From contig OZ336885.1 in assembly GCA_965287045.1 (NCBI GenBank), positions 63,922,001-63,986,000 of the forward strand: a stretch of 64,000 nt of DNA. Direction: 5' to 3'. The DNA comes from Carcharhinus amblyrhynchos. Its lineage: Eukaryota. Positions 50,461 to 63,160 of the stretch are shown here, one piece after another. Each line of letters starts with the position of its first letter. Within the stretch, counting starts at the first letter, position 1. A model generated the notes under the pieces. That model was not told where the DNA came from. It was given only the letters and a program-made list of their open reading frames with translations, and searched no databases. Both the position numbers and the translations under genes were made by a program.

Positions 50461-53317
50461 TGCTGCCGGGATAGTTTCCTTGAACAGTGTGTGTTGGAGC
50501 CGACGAGGGAGCGAGCTATCTTGGATCTGGTATTATGTAATGAGGAGGGTAGAATTAGGGACCTTGCGGTGAAGGATCCTCTTGGGGAGAGTGATCATTG
50601 TATGGTGGAATTTCTGTTGCAGATGGAGGAGGAGAAAGTGGGTTCCCGGACACGCGCCCTTTGTTTGTACGGTAGGGTGAGAGAAGAATTGGCGAATGTG
50701 GACTGGGGGAGCACGTTGGAAGGTAGGTCTGTTGAGGAGCAGTGGAGGATCTTTAAGGAGATCTTTCTTGGTGCTTAGCAGAAATTTATTCCGATGGTCA
50801 AAAAGGACCGTAGGAGGAGGGGGAATAAGCCGTGGATAACGAAGGAGGTGAAGGAAAGTGTTAAATTAAAAGCGGAAGCGTTTAGAGTAGCTAAGAGTAG
50901 TGGGCGAGAAGAGTATTGGGAGAGGTTTAAATGTCAACAAAGATTGACAAAGAATTTGATAAAGAAGGGTAGGAGAAACTATGAAGCTGGTCTAACGCTT
51001 AATATAAAAAAAATAGCAAGAGTTTTTATAAATATATAAAAAGGAAGAGGCTGGCTAGGGTGAACGTTGGACCCTTAGAGGATGAGAAGGGGGACTTAGT
51101 GGTAGGGGATGGGGAAATGGCTGAGGTCTTGAATAACTTTTTTGTTTCGGTCTTCACGGAGGAGGATGTGAATACTTTGCCGGGTGTTAGAGATGGAAAG
51201 GTGGTAGGACTGGAGGGTCTCAATGACATTATTGTTACTAGAGAGGCGGTGCTCGACAGACTGGAGGGACTGATTGTGGACAATTACCCAGGACCGGATG
51301 GAATGCATCCGAGGGTTCTGAAAGAAATGGCGGCGGTGATAGTGGATGCCTTGGTGGTTATTTTCCAAACGTCGCTGGATTCCGGGGAAGTGCCGGAAGA
51401 TTGGAAAACAGCTAATGTTACGCCGTTGTTTAAGAAGGGTGCCAGGCAAAACGCAGGGAATCATGGGCCGGTTAGTTTAACGTCTGTTGCGGGTAAAATA
51501 GAATCATAGCACGCTACAATGCAGAAAGAGGCCCTTCGGCCCATCGAGTCTGCACCAAACACAATGCCACCCAGGCCCTACCCCCACATCCCTACATATT
51601 ATACCCACTAATCCACACATCCCTGGACACTAAGGGGCAATATCTTAGCATGGCCAATCAACCTAACCCGCACATCTTTGGACTGTGGGAGGAAACCGGA
51701 GCACCCGGAGGAAACCCACGCAGACACGAGGAGAATGTGCAAACTCCACACAGACAGTGACCCGAGCCGGGAATCGAACCCAGGATCCTGGAGCTGTGAA
51801 GCAGCAGTGCTAACCACTGTGCTACCGTGCCGCCCAGTGTATTAATTCATGGGATGCAGAAGTCGCTGCTTAGTTTAGCAACGGCTTCCCATTCCCTTAC
51901 TGTCCCCTGAGGTGTCAATGTCACTGGTGAGGCCACCGTTATGTTAGAATCCGTCATCAAGGAGGAAATAGCGAGGCATCTTGAGGGGAATTGCTTGATA
52001 GAGCAGACGCAGCACGGTTTCTTTAAGGAGAAGTCGTGTTTGACAAATTTACTGGAGTTCTATGAGGATGTGTCTAGGGCGGTGGATAGAGGAGAGCCGG
52101 TGGATGTGGTCTTCCTTGATTTTCAGAAGGAGTTCGACAAGGCACCTCACAAGAGGTTGTTGCAGAAGGTCAGGGGACATGGAGTTGGGGGTAGGGTGTC
52201 AGCGTGGATAGAGGATTGGTTGTCAAATAGGAGGCAGAGAGTGGGGGTCAATGGGTGTTATTCGGATTGGCGGATGGTGACTAGTGGAGTGCCTCAGTGG
52301 TCGGTGCTGGGGCCTCAGCTATTTACCATTTATATAGATGACCTGGAGGAGGGAACCGAGTGTGTGGTGTCGATATTTGCTGATGACACCAAGATTGGTG
52401 GAAAGGCAAATTGCGCGGAGGGTGTGGAGAGTCCACAGAAGGATCTAGATAGGCTGGGCGAATGGGCCAGGAACTGGCAAATGCAATTTAATTTTGGCAA
52501 GTGCGAGATGGTCCACTTTGATAGGCATAATGGTAGGAAGGATTATTACTTACGTGGCGAAAACCTGCAGCAGGCGACGGTGCAGAGGGACTTCGGGGTC
52601 CTTGTGCATGAGCCGCAAGAACCCAGCCTGCAGGTGCAGCAGGTGGTCAGGAAGGCTAATAGCATGCTGGCCTTCATAGCGAGGGGGTTGAATATAAAAG
52701 TAGGGAGGTCTTGCTGCGGCTGTATAGGACATTGGTGAGGCCGCAGCTGGAGTCCTGTGTGCAGTTTTGGGCGCCGTACTTACGCAAGGATATTTTGGCC
52801 TTGGAGGGAGTGCAGAGGGGGTTTACTAGGCTGATGCCGGAGTTGAAGGAGTTGAGCTATGAGGAGAGGCTGAATAAACTGGGCTTGTACTCGTTAGAGA
52901 TTAGAAGAATGAGGGGAGATCTCATTGGGACGTATAAGATGATGAATGGGATGGATAGGATAGAGGTGGAGAGTCTCTAACCCGCTCAGAAAGGACAGTA
53001 GGACTAGGGGTTACAGCCTCAAGATAAAGGGGGGGGGGGCGCGGTTTAGAACGGAGTTGAGGAGGAACTTCTTCACCCAAAGGGTGGTGAATCTCTGGAA
53101 TTCTCTGCCCATTGAAGTGGTGGAGGCTACCTCGCTAAATATTTTCAAGACGCAGGTTGATGGGTTTTTGATAAGCGAGGGGATTAGGGGTTTTGGGGAG
53201 AGGGCGGGAATGTGGAACTGAGCCATGACTGATCAGCCGTGATCTTATTGAATGGCGGGGCAGCCTCGAAGGGCTAGATGGCCTACTCCTGCTCCTATTT
53301 CTTATGTTCTTATGTTC
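50461..53317 (+). mobile_element. CR1 LINE, 5'-truncated, relatively young (end of endonuclease + RT + 3' UTR)
   Basis: PTRERAILDLVL, GESDH, PGPDGMHPRVLKE, QHGF, VFLDFQKEFDK, SGVPQWSVLGP, FADDTK; (TTCTTATG)n tail; several frameshifts and stops. Confidence 0.97.
51498..51835 (-). mobile_element. Young full-length HE1 SINE inserted in the CR1
   Basis: GGGCGGCACGGTAGCACAGTGGTTAGCACTGCTGC head, B box GGGTTCGATTCC, V domain, CR1-derived tail; splits SLTSVAGK|MLES. Confidence 0.95.
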
Positions 53318-55299
53318 GACAGGTATGCAAGCTGTTTTGCCAACAATGCAGCACGTTTTTTTTTATTAATTAACGTGACACATTGTTGTCGCTTACCTTC
53401 CTCCTTTTTTTTTGCAATTCCACATCATCTCTCAATCTACTATTTAAAGGCCGTCGCAAAGTGCTTTCATCGGCTGACGTTGAGCTTATTCACAAAAGTT
53501 GTTTCATAAAATGTTGGCACACTGAAATATCTAAGTGAAGGAAAAAAAAAACGGTTCTCAGTCGTCAATTGTTTCTCCTCAATTAAAACAGATATTGCCT
53601 TTTAGTTTTGCATTAAGATTGGTTTCTGTGCATGTGTAAAAACATAGAAGGATAATATCAATGCATGAGTTTATGTGTTGTAAATTATGTCTATGAGTGA
53701 AAAAGAATATTGTTCAGTAATCCACATATTTTCGTTAACATTGTGACAGGAACGCCAATATTCAAACTCCCGTTTCAGACATTGCTCTTTTTTTAAGCTT
53801 GTGGTTGAATGGAGTTTTAATTTTAACGTGCTGAAAGGTCGTCAATCAAGCAAACCTGTCTCTTTTTTTGGTTAAAGCTGTCTGTTTCACTATTCTGGAA
53901 TATCCTTGTCACCAGTAGCCTTGAATTTGTCAAAGTAAATCAAGTGTAAGAATCCATAGCTTGACCTTAGCAGGGGTGAGTTGTGAACTCACTTTTGGAG
54001 GTCAGTGTCCCTTCGCTGGGCGTTAGAATGTAAACAATATATTCATAATAATAAAGTATGAAGAGTCAAATGATACGACGATTGGATTTAATTGGTCTAA
54101 TCAAACAATGCAATTGGGCTTCTGATCAATTCATTGTCTGATTACTAAGGAACTTCTGGAGTTTTAACTCTGACAGCACAAAGAGCTTGGTCAGAAAGTG
54201 TGAAGATCCCGGGAGCCAAGAACACAAGAAGAGGCAATGTCTGGAAAGGGATGAGAAGAAAAAACTCATTCCATGTGACAACAAAACCTTGGACCGGTTT
54301 TAAGCGCAAGGTGAAGTCAACCTTACTTTATTAAAAAAAGACGTCGTGAGTATTTGGTTTATGCGTTACAAGTATTTACCGTTGTTTATATAGATACAAA
54401 GTAAAGGAAATCGCGTTTAACGATTTAATGTCGACTTCGTGTCTTTATTCTGTTGCAGAACTTAAAACACAAAGGTTTGGAAAACAGAAACGTCACCCCA
54501 GATGCGACCTGGTCAGAAATAACTGTAAAGGTTAATCCGGGTTGGACTCTAAAATAAACAAATGATTTTCATCAAACTTAATGTTTTCTCTGAGCGAATA
54601 AATGCAATATAAGTGGCCCTAACTCAAACTCTAGAGACAAAAATAGCTAACGCTGTAGACAGCCGTGATTGGGATTAAAGCCCTATTTTTTGGTAGGATT
54701 TTAGGAGAAGGATGGATTGGGCGTGAATTGCTTCACGTTCCTGATACGCCAGTTGCAAGGGGAGTCGGAAATGTTTTGGGATGCTTGGGGTGGATTGATT
54801 CACTTCCCTGATACGCCAGGCGATGGGGGAGTAGGAATTATTTTTTCAACAAAACAAGTTCCTGGGAAAAATGGTTTGCCCTCCACCTTTGATATCATCG
54901 AGAAGCAATGGGAAAAATGGCAGAGTTTTTGAAATATGAAGAAATATAAAGAGATTGTCACATTGGGTGGAATTTTATACCAATCCTGAACAGGATCTGG
55001 GAACCGTGGATCATACATTTTGGAAGGAAGGGAGTCGAGCCCAAGGGAAGTGAGCAGATAAAATGAGTAAAGTCGTAGCAATTGCAAGTTGTTTGAGAGA
55101 GTTACAAGGAAAACAAAGGGAAGGTAATTGTTTAAATGGTGAACTGCAGTTGCAAGGTTAGAAATAGAACAACTGCGAGTAACAATGATGATGAGATATG
55201 ATGACATGGAAAGTGTAAGAGGATGTTAAAATTAAAACGAATAGCATGGAGAAAGATATACCCATCTTTTGATAGAAGTGGCAGTTCAAGATTAACGAA

Positions 55300-56493
55300 A
55301 TCAAACGAATATGCGGCATATGGCTTAGTTTCAGGTACAGTGTGAAAAAAAGTTTATCATGAAATGGAGGGATTCAGTTTTGAAAGGCATGAGGGAGAAA
55401 AAAAATGTGTCTGTGTTAACAGAGTAATTCACAAATCTGCAGGCAGCATTTAAGTTTTTGCATCAAGTTAGTAAAGAAAAGATGTTCCAAAATCACTATG
55501 TCCCAGTGACAGTTTGAAGAGTTGAAGTCATAATTGGCAGTACAGCAACGAATGATAGGTGCATTTTCGAAAGTTGAGTTGCAGGATAAGGATACTTCAG
55601 GAGATTGTGGTGATTTGCAGGCAACAACTTAGCAATATTCAGAACATGGGAAGTTTCCGTTCAGCACTCACAGCCACCTCTATTCCAATCAACACAATTA
55701 CGGGGCACAATGATTCTGAGACAGTTACGTATCCAACTCCATTCGCTGTCGCACAGTTAGCTGAGATAGTCAAGAATGTCTCTGTGTTTGAGTCAGCAGC
55801 AGGCCAGTTTGCTTCCGTTGGAAGTATGAGACAGCAGGGTGTGCTTCATGGGTTGCATCAGGCAGGTGAGGTAAAAGTTTGTGTAAAGCGACTTTTTTCC
55901 AACTGTGAAATCTACATTCCCGATGTTCAAACTGTTGGGGAGGGAACTTTAGTGGAGATGAAAGAAGCGATTTTAACTGCAATTGGAAACAATAAAGATG
56001 CCTCGGTAGAAGGTAGGCAGCATACGGGGGAACATCCAACGCAATTTGCCAATCGCTTATGGATCACTTTTCAGAATTGCTTGGGGGAATTAACACAGTC
56101 CGCGTTCATATAAGGAAGGCGCTGCCGTTGATATCACATGCACCTGAGGGGAACCAGAAGGCTTGCGTGCCCATTGAACCAATTAATATAACATATATTG
56201 AGGCATGGACTATAAGGTATATCATCCAAGCTTGGTAATGGGAAATACTGGATTTAGAAAAGAGGGAAAACAAAGCTACAAATAGTGGGAAAATGTTGCC
56301 GGTGAGAACTTCTAATCCTGCCCCTAAATGGAAAAATGAATGTAGACGGCCAGGCAATGGTGTTTACTCACGGAATTCTCCACCATATGGGTTTCATGGT
56401 AGAGGTCAGTCTATGGGTGACTTTAGGCAAATAAAGTGTTTTCATTGTGGGCGATTAGGACGTTTTGCTCGTGACTGTAGGGGACATTTCTAA
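55300..56493 (+). pseudogene. gag: gag remnant with zinc knuckle
   Basis: Q..GEHPTQFANRLW capsid-like motif; CFHCGRLGRFARDC (CCHC with H>R); start approximate. Confidence 0.8.
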
Positions 56494-56699
56494 TCATATA
56501 CTCGATGTCCACGACCTGAGCTGGGACCGATGCCCAGCCAGGATTCAAGACTGGAGTCGAGTCTGATTCTGACAGGGTCATTGTAAGTTGTCGTTAGAGG
56601 GATCAGTGCAGCAAGCCCCAGTTTGGGAGACAGGAAATGGCAGTTTGCTTTGTCCTGAACTCGCGGCATATGAAATGAGACAATGACAGTGCCTGTCCT

Positions 56700-59600
56700 C
56701 TCTGGGTGTGCAATGGAAATTGCGATGGTGTAAGGCGACTCTTAGTCCTTGGGGAGGAACGAGGCCGAGTTCTAATAGGACACAGGGGGTTCCCGCACTC
56801 CTCTGATGACATCCAGCATTATTGAACAATTGTAGCGTACTATTGATGGGATCTTGCTGAATGGACGTTTTGGTCACTTGCAAGAAGAATTTATTACAGA
56901 ACAATTAAAATTTCGATTGGACAATGTTGTTTGATATCACCCTGCAATTCTAGTAGTTCTTATCCCGATGGCGAAACACATTTTAGGCTGTGACTTCATG
57001 ATAACGTGTAACCTTTCTTTTGATCCAGTCAATTGTTGCATGTGGCAAATGGCTGATAGAGTGAAGCTGCAGCAGATGGAGCTGCCGGTTTTTCCACTAG
57101 ACACAATTTGGTCAGTGGGTGAATTTTGTTTTAATCCCGAGACAATGTCTGATGATCCCGATCTGCAAAGGATTACCTTCGAACACCCGGCTGTGTTTGC
57201 GCACAATAAGCATGATTGTGGAAGGGTAAAGAATGAGATCATGGTTGAAGGTCCAGATCCGAAATCAAAGAAATAATATTATTTCCCTAAAAAGACTGAA
57301 GTTCGGGTTGTCAAAGTGATCGATAGTTTGCTACAGCAGGGAGCGCTGCGTCATTTGTCTTCTAACAATTCTCCGATTTAGCCAGTACGAAAGCTTGGAG
57401 GTATTTGACGTTTTACGGTAGATATGAAATGTTAAACAAGATTATTCCGTTAACAACACCAACTGTAGCCACGAATCCAGCTGCGCTGCTGAAAAAAAAT
57501 TCTACAGGCTAATTAGTTCACTGTGCTGGATTTCAGTAACGGGTTTGTGTCAATACCGTTAAATCGACATTGTCAGTATAAGTTTCTTTTTACTTTTGAC
57601 GGCCAATAAATAGGTCGGCTTGTTTACCTTAGAGGTTTCATAATCCTTCATCCTTATTTCAGCGTCGGTTGGCTACAGGATTAGGCATGCTTTCAGGGTC
57701 TGAATTTTTATTTTTTTTGTTACAAACTGAAACTTAATCGGAACATCGCCAGTTGTTAGATGACTTGCTGGCCCCCCTTTAATAATTTAGGTTGTAAATT
57801 TTACCCCTAATAAATCTCAAATCATGCAATCTCATGTGGTTTGTTTCGGTTTAAGCGTTAATCAAGGTGACTGAGAGATTGAGCTAAAAAAAAATTATCT
57901 TACAATGCCTCTTCCAAAGAATGTTGTTGCACTTCGATTTTCCTCAGTTTAATGTTATACAGCAGAAATTACGTTGATGGATTTGCAACTAAAGCTGATC
58001 CATTGTCAGAGCTAATGCGCAAATATGCTCTATGTCTGTGGAACGAGCAGCACATCCGAGCATTATATGTTTTAAATCATTTTATTAATTGAAAACATTA
58101 TCGGATTTAAATCACTACAAGTTTTGACTAATAAAATTGGCTTTAACTCCTCAAAAAAATTAACAGAGCGCACACATCTACAGCTTTCGTTGCATGGTCG
58201 AGTCAAAGATGTCTCTGTCAGTCAACGTAGCCAAACCTCTTCTTTTTAGCTGATAATATTCATTATGGGGCCGAAAGTCATAAATCCCAAATAGTATTAG
58301 CTAATGATCCCAACGGATCTTTTGTGCCAAAAAAAACAGGGCGGGGGGTGGGTGGGGGGGGGGACGTGGCGGGGGTGGGGTGGGGGGGATTCGTTTGCTA
58401 TACTGGCATATAACGGATAACAATTAGACATGTTTATGTTGATGGACCTTCAGGAGTAGAGGTTGGCGTCAGAAGACAGGCTGTTGGATATATGTAGAGG
58501 ACCAGCAGGGAAACCTACTCCTGGAATTGGCTTTAAAATTTTCCAGTATCATGAGTGCTCAGATGGCGCAATTAACAGATATTGCCAATACTGTAAGCCA
58601 TCATGATATATTGCCACTGCCTTTGGACATTTAGTCTGATAGCATGTATGTTTTTCTGTCAATATGGGACACTCATAATTTTGTGGCTACATATGGAAAA
58701 CATTACCGTACGCAGCCTTGTTAAAAATGTATTCTTTGGAAGGATATTGGTTGAATATTTGGCATTATTAAAGTTAAGGGTCCCATTAAATTTCAACAAG
58801 AGTAATAACAGGGCAGATGAGTTGGGCGAAACAAAACGGTCGTTTCAGAGGTTTTTGGCAACCTCAAATTGTGGATCAGATTGATGTGGTTACAGCCAGA
58901 CAGGCTAATGTTGAAGAAATAAAATCGGCTCAGAGTGGAGATGCTGATTTGTAACACATACAGCAAGGGGTATTACTAACTCCCCGTAACAGATTGAAGG
59001 ATGACTTGTAATAGAAAGGTAGGTTGATTCTTTAAGAGGGGCAGTATGCAGTACCGAAGCAGGATAGGAATCAAATTATTTACCAATAAAATGATGGCAT
59101 GGTTGTCAAGGCATAGGTGCCACAGTTGAACTGATTAAGAGATTCAGTTTGTTGGCTACTCACATTTGTTATGTGAGTCATTACATTTAAAACTGTTTGA
59201 TCTGTGAGCAGAACAATCCAAATAAGTATGTACAGAAGGGAACGTCATGACATACCCGGGCTGTAGACTGATCATGGAAAGATCTTAAAATTGATTGCAT
59301 TGGTCCACTAGCACCATGTAAGGGGGAGTCACACCTGTGTCAGGGTTATCATTGGCACGTTTTCCAAGTGGGTTGAGATATTTCCTGTGTCATTCAATAC
59401 CCTGAAGCCACTGCTCAAATTTTGATATAGCAGGTTTTTACAGGATGGGTTTACGACGGAGAATGGAATCAATCAAGGCTACGCATTTTATTGGGAAATA
59501 GTGTAAATTGTTATGAAAGTGTTTGAAATTACTCAGAATTACACATAGTATATCATCCTCAGTCTGATGGGATAGTGGAGCGAATGAACCGTACTTTAGA

Positions 59601-60110
59601 CATGTGGCTAAAACAATGGTACAAAAAAGTAATTCTACCTGGGACATAGAGTTGCCTTTTGTACCAATTATAATATGAAACGGTGTTTCATATTCTACTG
59701 AGTATGCACTTCAAATGCTAATGTTTGGGTCTCTTTTGAAACGTGTTAAACATCTGTTGGGGACAGATGATGAAGATCCCGTACTTACGCTCTTAATCAT
59801 GAAGACATACTGCAGCAATTGTTAGAGACTGTACAGACTGCACATTTAGCAGCAACTGTCAAGATGGAACAGAAGAAACGTCAGAGCAAGGCCTGTTTTA
59901 TGAGTAGTGCAAATTCAGTTGAATATGCTGTAAGACAAACGGTGATGCTTCTGTAGAATCCTGGTAGAGTGTTTTTTATTCCCTCCAAGTTGTTCAGGTC
60001 CTTATGTTCTAATTGAAAAAGCTATCCCGTCTCTGTACAACTTGCCCTTAGAAACTGGGAAAGCTGGTTGGTGCCATGTTAAGCAGTTGAAATTATATGG
60101 GGTACAAATT
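56700..60110 (+). pseudogene. pol: pro-pol remnant (protease, RT, tether, RNase H, integrase)
   Basis: ILGCDF; NSPI*PVRK; VLDFSNGFVSIPL..QYKF.FTF; GFHNP; YxDD segment appears deleted; YVDG at 58435, SAQ.A.L, SDSMYV, NNRADEL; CLIC; IDCIGPL; FSKWVEIFP; YHPQS.GIVERMNRTL; GPY; WCHVKQLK. Confidence 0.92.
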
Positions 60111-60699
60111 AATTATCAGTATCACATGACGTTAGAAACTTATTACATTGATGACATTTCTTCAAATGATTCAGACCCTGAACACATTCTTAGTCATTTT
60201 CTTTCAAAGTCTAGGTCAGTAGAACTCCTTTAGATGCTTCTATAGAAAACAAGAGTCCTGAATTATCTGCAGACTTTGCAGAAAATTCCGAGCATTGGAA
60301 GCATTGGGACGTATAGATTTAGTACATACTTCTTGTCATAAAAAAAGATAAAATCTTTTGCCAAAGGGAAGTCTAGTATTCCAAAGTTCGAAGGTCGGAA
60401 ATGATATGTGACAGATACTAATGACAATATTCAAGAGTCAGTGGTGAGTCAGTGGAAGGGTGATCAGCAACTATTAGTTAGACAGGCTTTTTCAAAGCAA
60501 AATGCTGCTGCAATTAGTGTAAGGCTATAAAATGAGCTTCTAGGTAGACAGAATGATGTACGTATTAAGAAAAGTGCGATAAACCTATTAAATTTGTGCC
60601 TAAACAAGCTCTCAAATAATGAAACAAATTTTAATTCTCATGGGGCTCCAGGCCAAAGTTTCTGAGGGTAATTCTTACATGTTGCGCTATCTTGTCGAT

Positions 60700-62400
60700 A
60701 AATTACACTTCATTTTGACACCCTATGTTCTTTGTGCAATCTAGAGTTTCTCTTATTTTTCTTGGATGGATCATCCCTCATTTTGTCTGATCAATAGTTT
60801 TCTATTGCTTCTTCTCACGAGAATTGGTTACTGCCTTTCATCATGGAATTCGTTTCATTATGGGACATTGTGTTATCATCCTATAGAGGTAATGATTTGC
60901 AAATGCTCATGTTGGTAAAATACATCGTTTGAAGTTGTTATCAATTTTCCAGTGTAAAGGGTAGAACTTTCGATTTAAACCACGTTTGTTCGAACAGGAA
61001 GATAAATTCTTTCGTTTCAAAATAAGAACAGGAGCTAATTTAAACTGCGCATAGCAAGGTACTGCCTTGGTTTGTTGCAGGGGAAATAACTTTTTATTTT
61101 CCGTTGGAACTTGTCGTATTTTGCAGAATGATGTGGAGCCGTCAAAGTCGGTATCTTACAACAGTTGTAAGAATGGACAGCAGCGAGATTCATGGTTATT
61201 CCCTCGACTGAAGCACGGTGCGAAGATGGACATTTCTGGGTGAATCCAGATGCAACCGTTATGTTTGAATGTCTATACATGTTTAAATATGAGTTTGCTG
61301 TACAAAGATATAATCAAACCCATTGCCGCATGTTTTGGTTTGTAAGAGGTTTGATTATATCATTAGGCATATCGTCTTTTAGTGATAACTGTACATTTTG
61401 AAATATTATGTTGAACTGACCTGCCCTGAATTGAGATTTGTTGAATTCAAGTTCCAATACACATTTCTGATAAGTATTGACATGTTATTGACGAAGGAAT
61501 TCATTATGGAGATAATTATGACCTTAATTATTAAGTATGTTGGAGAGTTGAACTTAACTCTTTAGTACCTTCTTTGGTCGACAGCACACTTGCATTTAAA
61601 TCTGATTTTTACTCATCCATCTCATCTTCACCAAAGGTATATTCTTGCCGTGTGAATGCACTTTGACCTCAACATTGTTTAGTAATAACAGATACAAACA
61701 GGATCAGGTATGAAAATATTCATCATGAATTGATATCAGTTGTATTGGATTTCATTAAAATGCATTCGTTTGATTGATGTCACACTCAACTTTAGGATTT
61801 TTATTCATATGTAACTCAGAGGTTGGTAAATCGAGAAGCCAGAAATGAAGAGTGAGACTTTTTTTTTTGCTTTACGGTCACCAGAGTAGGAAGTCAGTGA
61901 ATGATTTGACAAATGCTAAGAGAGCATAAATGTACACGCTTAATACGCTCGATTTGGAAATCTGGTCGTTAAACTTCAAACACTAACGTGCAGGTTAAGC
62001 AAGAAATGAAGTAAATGACAACAATCAGAACGCTGCATCAGGATCATCGTTCTTGCAACGTGCTTATAAATATGTAAGAGCTATTTTGGAGATACATGCT
62101 AAAATCATTGTTCAAATTATTAGAGACGGGGAGATTGATGACAAAAAAAGAAAATAAAACATAATAAAATCTTATGTAGTGTTTATTGGAACTAGATATG
62201 AGACCAGACTAGAGAAAATATGGAATAAGCCAATCAGGTGAATGTTCCTTCCTGGATTAATAATGATCTGTTTGATTATCTGAATCGTGTACAAGGACAT
62301 CCTAATGTGCCCCGATTTCAGTTTCGACAATTAGCTACGAGACTACGACGAATAACTGTTTTGAAGGGTGATTTGTCGTGAACAATCAGGTGTCTGAAAT
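60700..62400 (+). pseudogene. Putative env remnant
   Basis: Located after IN; Cys/Trp-rich fragments; SRKSVNDLT..TLNTLDLE..KLQTL and VPSWI suggest a decayed cleavage site and start of TM. Confidence 0.4.
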
Positions 62401-62439
62401 TTCTAGGTGTTACCAAAACACTTCATACAGATCTGTGAA

Positions 62440-63011
62440 TTCTTCTTGAAGTTGGACAAGAATTTGGTAAGGGGACGATTGGAAATAGTGTGTACCGTTC
62501 TGGTCACCTGTTTTGGGAATAATATTATTAAAATAGAAAGAGTGCGTGACATATTTCATGGGACGCTGCCAAGATTTGGTGGCTGGAGTTACGAGGAAAG
62601 GTAGGACAGACTGGGACTTGTTTTCTTTTTCTATGGAGCGTCGAAGTCTTAGAGGTGACCACTTAGTGACATTTCAAATAATGAGGAACATCAATAATGT
62701 GGTTAGTCAATATTTTTACCTAAAATTTGGAGAGCCTGTAACTAATAGGCTCAGGTTTAACATGAAGGGGTGAGATGGAAAAGTAGTCCTGGGGGCATTA
62801 TATTTTCCAGACACAGCGTGGGGAGTGTTGGACCGAGTGCAAACATTCGTCACAGATGCGGGTACAATTTTGTATTGAGCAAAAACATTTAGTGTTAAAT
62901 AGTCAATTTTGGTACAGAGGGATTGGGTAGATGCGGGCAATGTGGGCCAATTTATTGTGAAAGTGGGCAACATGGACAAGTTGGGCCGAAGGTTCTGTTT
63001 CCATGATGTAA
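62440..63011 (+). mobile_element. CR1 3' fragment
   Basis: KNLVRGRLE..IIKIERV..SYEER; tail catggacaagttgggccgaagg. Confidence 0.85.
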
Positions 63012-63121
63012 GCGCACGCAACATCATAACTCGAAAAAAAGCAATGGCATAGGAAGACATGTTGAGCAATTCAAATGTGCGGATTATGTCCGGATAGGCC
63101 ATCAAAAATGTCGGCATTTAC

Positions 63122-63160
63122 TTCCGAGTCAGGTGTTATGCAGAAAGTTGTTTTCTTTCT
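63122..63160 (-). pseudogene. 39-nt exon-like segment with an in-frame TGA: (E)KENNFLHNT*LG
   Basis: gtcctttattttcag|AGAAAG...CTCGGAA|gtaaat. Confidence 0.45.

Larger units (their letters stand above)
53742..62400 (+). mobile_element. Degenerate endogenous retrovirus of basal (spuma-/loki-/class III-like) type; putative 5' LTR ~53742-54525, 3' end lost
   Basis: Order gag, pro, RT, tether, RNase H, IN, env-like; LTR limits inferred from TG start and position only. Confidence 0.85.

Noticed and set aside
51780-51835. tRNA gene
   Set aside because: tRNA-derived SINE head, not a cloverleaf gene.
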